A DNA stretch of 64,000 nt from Polyangiaceae bacterium (lineage in GTDB: Bacteria; Myxococcota_A; Polyangia; Polyangiales; Polyangiaceae): assembly GCA_033763455.1 (NCBI GenBank), contig JANRKO010000023.1, positions 96,001-160,000 of the forward strand. The letters are read 5' to 3'. Positions within the stretch are counted from its first letter, which is position 1; each line of letters opens with the position of its first letter. Shown piece after piece: positions 26,780 through 36,483 of this stretch. Under the pieces are notes generated by a model. That model was given only the letters and a program-made list of their open reading frames with translations. It did no database searches and was not told where the DNA came from. A program made the position numbers and the translations under genes.

Positions 26780-27562
26780 CTAGCTCGAGAAGTAGGCGTC
26801 TACGGCGAGCTGGACGTCGCGTTGAACAACCGTCTTGCGCTCGTCTTTGGCCGCATTTCGGATGCTTTCGGTCGCGATACGTCGGAGATGTGCCGAAAGC
26901 GGGGCCAGGATCCCATCGGAGGTGCTCAAACCATGTGCCACCTTGACGTACTCCTTTAACTTGCTCACCACCAAGAGTACTTCTTGGGGTATCCCCGCTT
27001 CGTCAGCATCCTTGTGAAGCACCTCGCTACGGCGTGGTTTTACGACGGGCACCATGTCGCGATCGAGGAGCGTCTTTCTGCCATCGCTCTTGCTGAGCAC
27101 CACTGCCCGATTGAGCACCTCGCGCACGTGATCACTTAAGGTAGCAAACACGGCGTCGGCTACCCGCATCTGGGATTTTGCCGCAATGTAGTCCTTGAAG
27201 CGTTGCACCACGATAAGCGTGTCGCGAGGCCCTTTGCGTATACCTGCTTGCGCATCCATCTTCGCAGCTAACACTTCGGGATTAGTTGCTTTCTTGTGTT
27301 CTTCCTTTTGATCCATCCGGGCGCGCTCCTGCCCCATCTCGGCACGCCAAGCTTGCTGAGTTGGGCTGGTATCTTTAACGGCCCAGCCGTCGCGATGGTT
27401 GGCCTCTTCCCGATGTGCTTCCCAGCACGGCAAGGAACAGAAAACAAGAAATGTCCGCTTTCTATTGCACGTGGAAACGCTGCACCGAAAATGAGGTCCC
27501 TGAAATCCAACGGGTAACCTGCAACTGCTACAGGTGCGCCATGTTTCGGTGGAAAGCGTCAT
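26780..27562 (-). CDS. Bacterial histone: N-terminal Cys/His zinc finger plus two tandem histone folds (ZZ-histone type)
   Basis: Candidate zinc ligands C11,C14,C27,C32,C42,C46,H50,H56. Two mutually similar ~57-aa folds (aa 114-170, 194-250) end in RKTLLDRD and RKTVVQRD, the histone R-x6-D clamp. Confidence 0.88.
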   Translation of the reverse strand: MTLSTETWRTCSSCRLPVGFQGPHFRCSVSTCNRKRTFLVFCSLPCWEAHREEANHRDGWAVKDTSPTQQAWRAEMGQERARMDQKEEHKKATNPEVLAAKMDAQAGIRKGPRDTLIVVQRFKDYIAAKSQMRVADAVFATLSDHVREVLNRAVVLSKSDGRKTLLDRDMVPVVKPRRSEVLHKDADEAGIPQEVLLVVSKLKEYVKVAHGLSTSDGILAPLSAHLRRIATESIRNAAKDERKTVVQRDVQLAVDAYFSS

Positions 27563-27604
27563 AGATGATGAGCTCTGGCAACCAAGCTTCTTTACATCGA
27601 GGGG

Positions 27605-28072
27605 CTAATTCTCCGACTCTTGGATAGAAGACGCCTCAGGATTGCCCTTTTTTCCCTTCCCACGGCCGCCACCGCTCGGTTTTTTGGGAGCCACCTTTTC
27701 GTCCGTGGGGGCCTCGCCAATCTGCAGCTCGCATTCGCCGAAGACCACTTGGCTTTTGCCCGCCTCACCCGCGAGGCGAACCTCCAGCGTTTTGGCCTTT
27801 ACCACGGTGTTGTCGCGCACAGCTCCTCCGAGCCGAATTGTGTCGGCCTCCAGATCACCAGAAACCTCACCTTCGGACTCGAGTGAGGTGACCCGAACCT
27901 TGCCGTGAACTGCGCCAGTTGAACTAACGCGCAGCGCGGGAGCCGAAAGCTCACCTTCGATCCGACCATGCGCCAAGATGTCCACCTTGGAATTGAGCTT
28001 GCCTGAGAACTCGCTGCCCGCTTCGACAATGGTTTGTCGAACTTGAGTTGAGGTTCCGTTTTCGTCATTCAT
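27605..28072 (-). CDS. Bactofilin (polymer-forming cytoskeletal protein)
   Basis: TIVEAGSEFSGKL...ILAHGRIEGEL....LRVSSTGAVHGKV...GEVSGDL beta-helix pattern, basic C-terminal tail, GAAGGAG RBS. Confidence 0.82.
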   Translation of the reverse strand: MNDENGTSTQVRQTIVEAGSEFSGKLNSKVDILAHGRIEGELSAPALRVSSTGAVHGKVRVTSLESEGEVSGDLEADTIRLGGAVRDNTVVKAKTLEVRLAGEAGKSQVVFGECELQIGEAPTDEKVAPKKPSGGGRGKGKKGNPEASSIQESEN

Positions 28073-28088
28073 GATTGCAATCTCCTTC

Positions 28089-29312
28089 TCAAGTTTGGGG
28101 GCGCAAAATCTTCACGCGTAGGCGGCAGCCGGGCTGAAAAGCAAATGCGGTAGGCTCCGGACCCTGCGCGATGGTGCCTACGAGCGCTCCCTTGGAGCTC
28201 ACTACGAGCGTGCGAGGACCAGAGATGCCCGGGCTTTCGCGTTCGAAGAATTTTCCGTGAATCGTGATGTTACCACCACCGGTGATCACGCATTCGCTGA
28301 GGACACCGGATTCGCCGACCACCAGATCGGTCCCATCTCCCAAGGAAATACTGCACTTTTCGAAGCGGCTGTCGATCTCCACGGCGGAGCCTTCACCGAA
28401 CTCCAGGGTCGCGTCGCGCAAAACGTCCCCCTCGCCGAAGTAGCGCGTTGCCGCAGCTCCTGGAGCTAGCTTGCCTGAAAGGAACGCCTCCACGTCTTCG
28501 CCGGAAATGCGCTTGGTGCCGTCCCCGCCACGGCTCCCATCCAACCACTCAGCAACCACGCCCTCAAAGTTGGCATCTTTGGTCGCCGTACCAAAGAGCT
28601 TGGCCCCCGTGATCGTGGCCGACAAGAGATTTGCGGTCCCGAGCTCGGCGTGTCTGAGGTCAGCACCCGTGAAGTTCGCTTGTTTGAAGACCCCCTTGCC
28701 GAGGCGAGCGTTTAAGAGCCCGGTGTTCGTAAAGTTGGCGCCCGGAGCCTGAGCCTCCTCAAGGTTGGCATCAGTGAGTGTTGCGGAAGAAAAATCGGCT
28801 TCCTCAAGATTGGCCGAAGAGAGATCGGCATTGCTGAGATCCGCCGAACGAAGCTTCGCGCCGCCGAGGTACGCTTCACCGAGCTCCGCATGCGTGAGGT
28901 TGGCGTTCGAGAGGTTGGCCTTACCGAGCTCAGCCGAAGCTAATTGGGCGCCGGAAAGCCGTGCTCCGACAAGATCTGCCTCGGCGAGGTTCGCTCCCTC
29001 AAGGGTAGCGCGATCAAGGTTCGCACCACGCAAATTGGCTTGCGTGAGGTTGGCGCCTTCAAAATCAGCCTTGCCTAAATCAGCGTCCGACAAATCGGCC
29101 AGCTTGAGGAATGCCTCCCGCAAGCTGGCGTTTCGGAGGCTTGCCCCGCGAAGCTTGGCCCCTTCGAGGTTGGCTCCGTCGAGATCAGCCCGTTTCAGAT
29201 CCGCTCCTTCAAGCGGCGCACCCGATAAGTCGAGACCCGCCAAATCGCAGCGCGCCAAGGGCTGCTTATTGCGGACGCGTTCGATCACTTCATCTCTTGA
29301 ATATTCCGCCAT
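28089..29312 (-). CDS. Pentapeptide-repeat protein with C-terminal bactofilin-like beta-helix
   Basis: About 47 uninterrupted LxxA(D/N) pentapeptides (aa ~19-253). C-terminus LVVGESGVL...ITIHGKF...LVVSSKGALVGTI. Confidence 0.88.
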   Translation of the reverse strand: MAEYSRDEVIERVRNKQPLARCDLAGLDLSGAPLEGADLKRADLDGANLEGAKLRGASLRNASLREAFLKLADLSDADLGKADFEGANLTQANLRGANLDRATLEGANLAEADLVGARLSGAQLASAELGKANLSNANLTHAELGEAYLGGAKLRSADLSNADLSSANLEEADFSSATLTDANLEEAQAPGANFTNTGLLNARLGKGVFKQANFTGADLRHAELGTANLLSATITGAKLFGTATKDANFEGVVAEWLDGSRGGDGTKRISGEDVEAFLSGKLAPGAAATRYFGEGDVLRDATLEFGEGSAVEIDSRFEKCSISLGDGTDLVVGESGVLSECVITGGGNITIHGKFFERESPGISGPRTLVVSSKGALVGTIAQGPEPTAFAFQPGCRLRVKILRPQT

Positions 29313-29331
29313 CGTCTATCTCGCCTCAGAC

Positions 29332-30636
29332 TTAAAGTTCGCGTTTATCGGTTTTGCTACGTTCCAGAAACTTCTCGAGCTCTTCCAACTTCCGTCCAAA
29401 TGGAAAACGCTCAAGGCGTGTGAGCAGGGCTGCTTCGCCCAACCTGGCCAGCACTACCTGAATTTCGAGCCAGCTATCGGTGCGGGCCTGGCGCAACTTC
29501 CGCTTCTCTTTAGAAACGTTGCGCGTCCAGTTGCGGCCCTGATCGTCAATTGCCTGATTGTGCCGCCGCAGCTTGCTCATAAGTTGCTCAAGCTGCGTGT
29601 ATTCAGCCTTTCGCGTCGGCTCGGGGATAATGGAGGCCGCGCGCCGCCGGTAACGCTCGAAGCGTTCGACGATTAGCCCACAAAGCTCTAGAGATAAGCC
29701 GGTAGTAGCGGCGATGTCCTCAGCTTTGGCGTCATAGAACATCTTGAGCTGGGTCAACCCAACCGCGTAAATCTTGTCGAGCTGCACCTTGTTTACGCCG
29801 GGCACCTGCCGGAGCACACTGTCAACGATGATGGGATCTCTTCGCCCGCTTTCTCGTTCGACGGAGAAGGCCTCGGGCAGTACCTTTGCCAGCTCCTGAT
29901 GGCAGTTCAAAAGCTGCGTGCGAGCTTCCTCCTCCAGCATGGCGCCACGGCCCTTTTGTGCTTGAAGCAGCTCTACAGAGAGAACTTCAAGCGGCCCCAC
30001 TAAATCCGAAAGCCCGAGCTTCTTCGCCGCTTCCAGCAACGAATTCACGGCCGGAGAGCAGATACGGATCCACTCTCGGCGAGCTTCACCGATCGTGAGC
30101 TCCACCATGAAATCGCGAAACGGGCCCAAGTGCTCCGCTGCTAGGTGAGCAAACAAGACTTCTACCTGCTGGCGATCCTGAGGCATCCCGGCAATGCCAT
30201 CACCCGACCCTGAAATTGCTTCAAAGTGCGGCTCAATGTCGTCGAAGCCTTTGTCGATCTCCGCGGAGGTAACGCGAGCCGGTGGCTGCGAAGCCCCGTT
30301 GGCAGCCGCGTCTGGTCTCGAAGTTGCATCCTGCACGCGACGAGCGCTGGGGGCGGGCGGAGCTGAAACTCTTGGCGGCGCGGCCACCGGAGCGATGGGC
30401 TCCGCTACTGCAGCCGAAGGCACTGCGCCTGGCGGTGGGGCCGAGGAGGGCGCCCAGGACGACATCGAGTGCTGCGCTTCAAGCGCCTGTTGATCCAGCG
30501 GCTGCGTATGCGCTCGCTGGTGAGGAGTGGCGGGAGCGCCGCCCGAAAGCGCCAATCCACACTTGACGCAAAACCTCGCGGTTAGCGGGCAAGTTGCCGA
30601 GCACTTGGGGCACTGTTGGGTATCTTCCATGGTCAT
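29332..30636 (-). CDS. Zinc-ribbon / Pro-rich linker / helical bundle / helix-hairpin-helix protein
   Basis: CPKC..RFCVKCG ribbon immediately after ATG 30636/30630, LRQVPGVNKVQLDKIYAVGL HhH, and C-terminal coiled coil. The ORF-track extension to 31026 is implausible. Confidence 0.8.
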   Translation of the reverse strand: MTMEDTQQCPKCSATCPLTARFCVKCGLALSGGAPATPHQRAHTQPLDQQALEAQHSMSSWAPSSAPPPGAVPSAAVAEPIAPVAAPPRVSAPPAPSARRVQDATSRPDAAANGASQPPARVTSAEIDKGFDDIEPHFEAISGSGDGIAGMPQDRQQVEVLFAHLAAEHLGPFRDFMVELTIGEARREWIRICSPAVNSLLEAAKKLGLSDLVGPLEVLSVELLQAQKGRGAMLEEEARTQLLNCHQELAKVLPEAFSVERESGRRDPIIVDSVLRQVPGVNKVQLDKIYAVGLTQLKMFYDAKAEDIAATTGLSLELCGLIVERFERYRRRAASIIPEPTRKAEYTQLEQLMSKLRRHNQAIDDQGRNWTRNVSKEKRKLRQARTDSWLEIQVVLARLGEAALLTRLERFPFGRKLEELEKFLERSKTDKREL

Positions 30637-30863
30637 TTCGCGGTGTGTTCGCCTGTTTGCTTCGGGGACGGCATGCCTTCCGTGAATGACTTGGAAGCAT
30701 AGTCCTTCCAATGGTCGCGCGTCTTCCCTGAACGGAGGGCGAGTAGGAGAAATCGCAGCTCTTCCCACGTTTGCGGAATTCGGCCCGACGTAATGGGCCC
30801 GCTGCGGATTCCCCGGTGTCTCCCAATTGACTCCCCCCACGAGCAGGCCAAACTCCCCACCAC

Positions 30864-31814
30864 GTGAATTCACCCTGCCTGTCGAGCACCGAAATAGCAG
30901 CCGGCAGCGCCAAGCTCGCCAATCTGAAGCTCGGTAGTAGCAGGCTCGCGCTCGGTACTGCAGGCCTCGGAGGGATTTGGCGGGGAAGTGATACCCATCA
31001 ATCGGTGGACGCGCTCCTCTATGCACTGGAGCACGGCCTCAACGTCTGGGACACGGCACCTGCGTATGGCGAAGCCGAAGCCTTGATCGGGAGCGCTCTC
31101 AAACAGTGGCACGGGCCGCTACCAGTTATCAGCACTAAGATCGGGCGCACACATGCCAACGCGCCGACGAGCGTCTCTTATCGGCCAGACACACTACGCG
31201 ATACATTGTCAAAAAGCCTCGACCGGCTTCACGTAGATTCTGTAGATCTGCTCTTCCTCCATGAGCCGGAGAAGCTTCTACCTGAGCAGCGCGGGCCCGC
31301 GTTGGACACGCTACTCGCCATGCAAAGTGAGGGCCTCACACGTTTGGTTGGGCTCGGCGGTGGCTGGGGTAGAGCTTGGGATTTCTTCTTGGACTCGGGA
31401 GCCATCTCCGCGGCAATCGTCTTTCTATCGCTTGATGCGTGCTGCCTCGATTCCGTCCCAAACGACGTACCTAAGCTCCAATCAAAGGGCGTCGCGATCT
31501 ATGGCGGCAGCCCTTTGCATATGGGTCTTCTAGCCTCTGCAAAGCCAAAGACCGCCCCTTGGGCGACGCCTCAGGCCCTGCTTGGCCTCAAAGGGTTGCA
31601 GATACTCTCGCACGAGCTGAACCAGAGCGTGATCGAGCTCGCTCATCGTTTCGTGTATTCCTTGCGCTGCATCGATCGTGTGCTTATCGGGCCAAGGAAC
31701 CTCGAAGAACTCAAATCTTCCTTGCAGGACTTCAGCAAGGGCGCTCTACCTCCGAACATATTTCACCAAATCTACGACCCAGCGCTAAAGCGCGCGGCGC
31801 CGAGAAATATCTAA
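30864..31814 (+). CDS. Aldo/keto reductase (sugar dehydrogenase-like)
   Basis: LALGTAGLGG, WDTAPAYG, ISTKIG, SLDRL..DLLFLHEP, VLIGPRN. Confidence 0.88.
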   Translation: MNSPCLSSTEIAAGSAKLANLKLGSSRLALGTAGLGGIWRGSDTHQSVDALLYALEHGLNVWDTAPAYGEAEALIGSALKQWHGPLPVISTKIGRTHANAPTSVSYRPDTLRDTLSKSLDRLHVDSVDLLFLHEPEKLLPEQRGPALDTLLAMQSEGLTRLVGLGGGWGRAWDFFLDSGAISAAIVFLSLDACCLDSVPNDVPKLQSKGVAIYGGSPLHMGLLASAKPKTAPWATPQALLGLKGLQILSHELNQSVIELAHRFVYSLRCIDRVLIGPRNLEELKSSLQDFSKGALPPNIFHQIYDPALKRAAPRNI

Positions 31815-31820
31815 GCCACC

Positions 31821-32966
31821 ATGCTCCAAGAATCCTTTCACATTGTCGAAGCTAGAGTACGCACCATCGCCCCCGTGAAACTCAAGCGAGCATTCTACGA
31901 TGGCACAGGGGGGCCATTCGACAGCTACGGCATGGGGATGCTCACACTCACAGATGCTGACGGCACCGTCGGGCACACACTCGGTGGTGGCAGTGAGCTG
32001 AATCAAATCTTCCCGCACTTGTTCACGTCCGCCCCCACCCGCTACGGGGAAATCTACCCCAAGATGTATTGGACGCTCCGCAACGCGGGCTTCCGAGGTC
32101 CCGCCATGGGTGCGCTCAGCTCGGTCGACCGCGCCCTGGCCGATATCGGAGCGAAACGAGCAAAAAAGCCGCTCCACCGCTACCTCGGCGCAACGAGAGA
32201 TTGGACGCATGCCTATGGCTCTGGCGGCAGCACGGCTCTTACCGAGGACGAATTGATAGAAGAGCTGCTCGGGTTCGCTGAAATGGGATTTACAACTGTC
32301 AAGATGAAGGTCGGCACCAACCTGGGCACAGAAATGCAACGCGACATCGCGCGCGTTAAAAACGTCCGAAAACATCTGGGAAAAGGCGTACGGCTCGCTG
32401 TCGATGCCAACCAAGCTTGGTCTAGCAAGCTAGCGCTACAGTTCATCAACTCGATCGCCGACTGCGACATCGCCTGGTTTGAAGAACCAGTGCACTCGGC
32501 TGATCTGATCGCGATTCGTGAGTTTTGTTCCGCTTCTCCGGTGCCCGCGGCGTTTGGCGAATCCGAACGCTCTTCGAAAGTGTACCCCTCACTCGTAGAA
32601 GCTGGCGTGAAACATTTGCAGCCTAATCCCCTTGCCTCCACGAGCATTCAGGAGTGGTTTGAGGTTAGGGATCTAGCGGTGAAACACCAACTGCCGATTT
32701 CTCTGCCGGGTCAGCCTCAAGTGGGCTGCGTCCTAGCAGCCGCCGCTCCCGAAACAACCCTCAGCGAAATCCTTTTTCCAGTATTGTGGGGTTTCCCTCA
32801 GTATTTTTCCAAGGAGCCAAAGCTAGAAAATGGTCGCTTCCTGTTGCCCAGCGATCCAGGCAACCCGCTTGAGGTGGATTTCGACTACCTCGAAGCGAAA
32901 GGGCTCATCCGTGAGGACACGATCACGCGCGAGGAAAACGTGCGAAACCTCAGCAAGAGTCCGTAA
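31821..32966 (+). CDS. Mandelate racemase/muconate lactonizing enzyme family (enolase superfamily) protein
   Basis: ALADIGAK....PLHRYLG, KMK, VDANQ, WFEEP, GES. Starts 6 bp after the AKR. Confidence 0.9.
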   Translation: MLQESFHIVEARVRTIAPVKLKRAFYDGTGGPFDSYGMGMLTLTDADGTVGHTLGGGSELNQIFPHLFTSAPTRYGEIYPKMYWTLRNAGFRGPAMGALSSVDRALADIGAKRAKKPLHRYLGATRDWTHAYGSGGSTALTEDELIEELLGFAEMGFTTVKMKVGTNLGTEMQRDIARVKNVRKHLGKGVRLAVDANQAWSSKLALQFINSIADCDIAWFEEPVHSADLIAIREFCSASPVPAAFGESERSSKVYPSLVEAGVKHLQPNPLASTSIQEWFEVRDLAVKHQLPISLPGQPQVGCVLAAAAPETTLSEILFPVLWGFPQYFSKEPKLENGRFLLPSDPGNPLEVDFDYLEAKGLIREDTITREENVRNLSKSP

Positions 32967-32974
32967 CTTCCAAC

Positions 32975-33030
32975 AATAAAGTTGGGCTCGAAGGCGGCGT
33001 GGTTACCACATCCCTGCCGCCTCCGAGCCC
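32975..33030 (-). terminator. Intrinsic terminator-like hairpin (minus strand)
   Basis: Arms 32984-32998 and 33016-33030 pair 14/15, and the mismatch is a G-U pair on the minus strand. Followed by AACTTTATT. Confidence 0.65.
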
Positions 33031-33246
33031 GGCCCCTCGTTGCTGCCAATGTTCTCTACTCGCTCCGCGGAGAAACCAGGTCCGCTAGCTAGTTGAAACG
33101 TAGCCCAGGCCAGGTTGCTGGAGCTTTTCGGCGCCGTGTCGTTTGCGATTTTTGGGGGCAGCCAGGCCAACTGGCGAACGGCTAGAGGCGAGCACCCCCG
33201 CAGCTCGCAGCTCTCGCAACTGTGATCCCGTGGTGAAGCGTTCAGA

Positions 33247-34677
33247 CTATTCGGCGGCGTTCTTCTCTACCAAACCCCGCAATTCGGTGAGCAACCCATC
33301 GATCACCTTCTTGGCGTCACCAAACAGCATTCGTGTATTTTCCTTGAAAAATAGCGGATTTTGCACGCCCGCGTAGCCGCTCGCCATGCTTCGCTTCATC
33401 ACGATGCTGGTCTTCGCCTTCCAAACTTCCAAGACGGGCATGCCGTAAATGGGGCTCGAAGCATCGTCCAACGCGCCCGGGTTCACGATGTCGTTAGCGC
33501 CAATCACCAAAACAACATCGGTGTGAGGAAAATCTTCGTTGATTTCCTCCATCTCCAACACAATGTCGTAAGGAACTCCGGCTTCAGCCAAAAGCACGTT
33601 CATGTGTCCGGGTAAGCGCCCAGCCACCGGGTGGATGGCAAAACGCACGTTGGTGCCCCGCTGGCGCAGCAAACTTGCCACTTCGTAGAGAGGGTGCTGA
33701 GCCCGAGCCACAGCCATGCCGTAACCCGGAACGATGACCACGCTCTTAGCTTCGAGCAGAAGCTCCGCCGTTTGAGGAACCTCGATGGCCGTTGTCTCCC
33801 CCTCCGGCTCGTCCCCCTTCTTGGCCGGTGCCGCACCCTCATCCGCACCAAATCCACCAAAAATCACACTCCAAATCGAGCGATTCATGGCTTTACACAT
33901 GATGTAGCTGAGGATCGCACCGCTTGAGCCCACGAGCGCACCCGTGATGATCAAAAGATCATTGCTGAGCATGAAGCCCGCTGCCGCTGCCGCCCAACCC
34001 GAATAACTGTTGAGCATGGAGACCACCACGGGCATGTCTGCGCCGCCGATACCCATCACCAAGTGGATACCCAAAACGCACGCAATACCCGTCATGGCGA
34101 GCAACGGCATCAACGCCGCGTGGTCCGCCACACCGACAAATTGAGACCCGAAGTAGACGCTCACAGCGAGCATCCCAAGGTTCAAATAGTGGCGCCCCGG
34201 CAGGAGCAGCGGCTTGCTCCGCACAATGCCCTGGAGCTTGCCGAAAGCCACTATGGATCCGGTGAAGGTAACGGCGCCAACAAACACCCCAACAAAGATT
34301 TCCACCTCGTGGATCACCGCTTCCACGCCTTGGAGATGGGAGTTTGGATCCAGATAGCTTGCGAGCCCCACAAGCACCGCCGCAGCGCCCACAAAACTAT
34401 GAAGCACCGCAACAAGCTGGGGCATCGAAGTCATCCCAACCCGAGAGGCCAAGACAGCTCCAATCAGCGCTCCCACAGCCACCGAACCCACCAACGCCTC
34501 GTAGCGTGTCACGAGTGAACCGGCCGCCGTAACACCCACCGCGGTGAGCATTCCAATGATTCCGAGCCAATTTCCTCGCCGTGCGGTGGCCTGGGCGCTG
34601 AGGCCCGCCAAACTCAAGATGAAGAGCACTCCGGCCGCGATGTAACAGACTGTCACTAAACTTTCAGGCATCTTCAT
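33247..34677 (-). CDS. pntB: NAD(P) transhydrogenase beta subunit
   Basis: [56 protein letters not shown]. Confidence 0.97.
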   Translation of the reverse strand: MKMPESLVTVCYIAAGVLFILSLAGLSAQATARRGNWLGIIGMLTAVGVTAAGSLVTRYEALVGSVAVGALIGAVLASRVGMTSMPQLVAVLHSFVGAAAVLVGLASYLDPNSHLQGVEAVIHEVEIFVGVFVGAVTFTGSIVAFGKLQGIVRSKPLLLPGRHYLNLGMLAVSVYFGSQFVGVADHAALMPLLAMTGIACVLGIHLVMGIGGADMPVVVSMLNSYSGWAAAAAGFMLSNDLLIITGALVGSSGAILSYIMCKAMNRSIWSVIFGGFGADEGAAPAKKGDEPEGETTAIEVPQTAELLLEAKSVVIVPGYGMAVARAQHPLYEVASLLRQRGTNVRFAIHPVAGRLPGHMNVLLAEAGVPYDIVLEMEEINEDFPHTDVVLVIGANDIVNPGALDDASSPIYGMPVLEVWKAKTSIVMKRSMASGYAGVQNPLFFKENTRMLFGDAKKVIDGLLTELRGLVEKNAAE

Positions 34678-34684
34678 TCCTCAA

Positions 34685-36235
34685 TCAGCGGCGGAACATC
34701 TTCAACATTCGTTGTGTCACCAAGAAACCACCGGCGATATTGATCGTCGCCAACAGAATTGCGGCGGCACCGAGCAGCGTCACCGGCGAGCTCAAGTCCC
34801 CGGAGACCTGCAGCATACCTCCCACGATAATGATCCCACTGATGGCATTGGTAACACTCATGAGCGGGGTGTGCAGAGCGGGCGTTACGTTCCAAACCAC
34901 TTGCCACCCGACAAACACCGCGAGCACGAATACCGTGAAGTGCGAGAGAAACGCAGGGGGAGCCACCATTCCAAGGCCCACCAGCGCTGCTGCGGCTAGG
35001 GCAATGAAGAGGCCCGAGCGCCTCGAGTGGTCATCCTTCACCGAAGGTGCCTTTGCCGGCGGGAGCACGCTCATTTTCACAGGCGGTGGCGCAGGCTGCT
35101 CCACTTTTGGCGGCGGCCACTTCTTTTCGCCATTCAAGAGCACGAGGGCGCCGCGCACCACCTGATCGTCCTCATCCACGTGCCAGGTGAGGCCACCGCC
35201 CATATCCGAAAGAAGGTGCAGCAGATTGTTACCGTAGAGCTGACTTGCTGTTGGCGCGAGGCGGCTCGGAAGATCCGAATAACCGATGATAGTGACGCCA
35301 TTGTGTTCGATAACGTGCCCCGGCTTGGTGAGGGCGCAGTTGCCGCCCGTTTCAGCGGCAAGATCCACGATCACCGATCCGCGGCGCATTACGTTGACTG
35401 CTTCTTCTTTAACCAAGAGCGGCGCCGGCCTTCCTGGAATGAGGGCCGTGGTAATTATAATGTCGCAATCGGCAGCTTGCTTCTTAATGAGAGCCATTTC
35501 CGCTTCGATGAAAGCGGGGCTCATCTCTTTGGCGTAGCCGCCCACACCTTCGCCGGATTCGTCGAATTTGAGCTCAACGAACTCCGCACCCATGCTCTGC
35601 ACTTGCTCGCGCACCGCAGGGCGGGTGTCAAAAGCACGAACAATCGCGCCCAAGCCGCGCGCTGCGCCAATTGCCGCCAAACCAGCCACACCGGCGCCAA
35701 TTACGAAAACTTTCGCGGGCGGCACCTTGCCCGCCGCCGTCATTTGGCCGGTGAAGAAGCGGCCGTAAAAGCTCGCTGCTTCAATCACTGCTCGATAACC
35801 CGCAATGTTCGCCATGGAGCTTAGCGCGTCCATCTTTTGCGCTCGTGTAATGCGCGGCACTTGGTCCATCGCGAGCACGGTGGCTTTGCGCTGAGCGAGC
35901 AGCTGGATCAATTCTTCGGATTTGGCCGGCCAAATGAAACTAATGAGAGCTTTGCCTTCAGGCAGAAGTTCCGCCTCATGCACCCCAAGCTTGGGATGGT
36001 GCTCGGGAGGGTTCACCTTCAGCACCAGATCCGCTTTTTGCCAAAGCTCGCGAGTGCCTTCCACAACAGCGGCGCCCACTTGTTCGTACAATGGGTTATC
36101 GAAAGCGGCGCCGTCCCCGGCCCCGGACTCCACGAACACCTCGAACCCAAGCTTCTTTAACTTGACGACTGTTTCGGGCGTGACGGCCACGCGTCGCTCG
36201 CCAGGTCGGATCTCCTTAGGAACTGCTATTTTCAT
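34685..36235 (-). CDS. pntA: NAD(P) transhydrogenase alpha subunit (unsplit)
   Basis: [52 protein letters not shown]. Confidence 0.97.
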   Translation of the reverse strand: MKIAVPKEIRPGERRVAVTPETVVKLKKLGFEVFVESGAGDGAAFDNPLYEQVGAAVVEGTRELWQKADLVLKVNPPEHHPKLGVHEAELLPEGKALISFIWPAKSEELIQLLAQRKATVLAMDQVPRITRAQKMDALSSMANIAGYRAVIEAASFYGRFFTGQMTAAGKVPPAKVFVIGAGVAGLAAIGAARGLGAIVRAFDTRPAVREQVQSMGAEFVELKFDESGEGVGGYAKEMSPAFIEAEMALIKKQAADCDIIITTALIPGRPAPLLVKEEAVNVMRRGSVIVDLAAETGGNCALTKPGHVIEHNGVTIIGYSDLPSRLAPTASQLYGNNLLHLLSDMGGGLTWHVDEDDQVVRGALVLLNGEKKWPPPKVEQPAPPPVKMSVLPPAKAPSVKDDHSRRSGLFIALAAAALVGLGMVAPPAFLSHFTVFVLAVFVGWQVVWNVTPALHTPLMSVTNAISGIIIVGGMLQVSGDLSSPVTLLGAAAILLATINIAGGFLVTQRMLKMFRR

Positions 36236-36483
36236 CGCACTCTCGACTGGGCTGACCGCCGCTACAACGGCCGGAAAAAAAGCTCTCCAACCAATACCCT
36301 AAATTCGGGGCGAATGGACGGGGCGGGGGGCGCATAAGCACGCAGAGGCCCATAAAGTGGCTGCCCGGACGATCAGGCGAGGCGCGGGCGGGAGCGCTCC
36401 GGATGGTCGGGTTGTTGGAGCAGGATGGGCTTTGAGGACCCGTGCGTGACTGCCCCCGCGGTACGCTAGCGAGCCCCTCAGCA

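Noticed and set aside
28765..29676. 303-aa plus-strand ORF with apparent repeats
   Set aside because: Antisense shadow of the pentapeptide gene; its periodicity comes from the real minus-strand repeats.
30637..31026. N-terminal extension of the 564-aa ORF
   Set aside because: It overlaps the divergent AKR gene and has low-information sequence. The Zn ribbon starts right after ATG 30636/30630.
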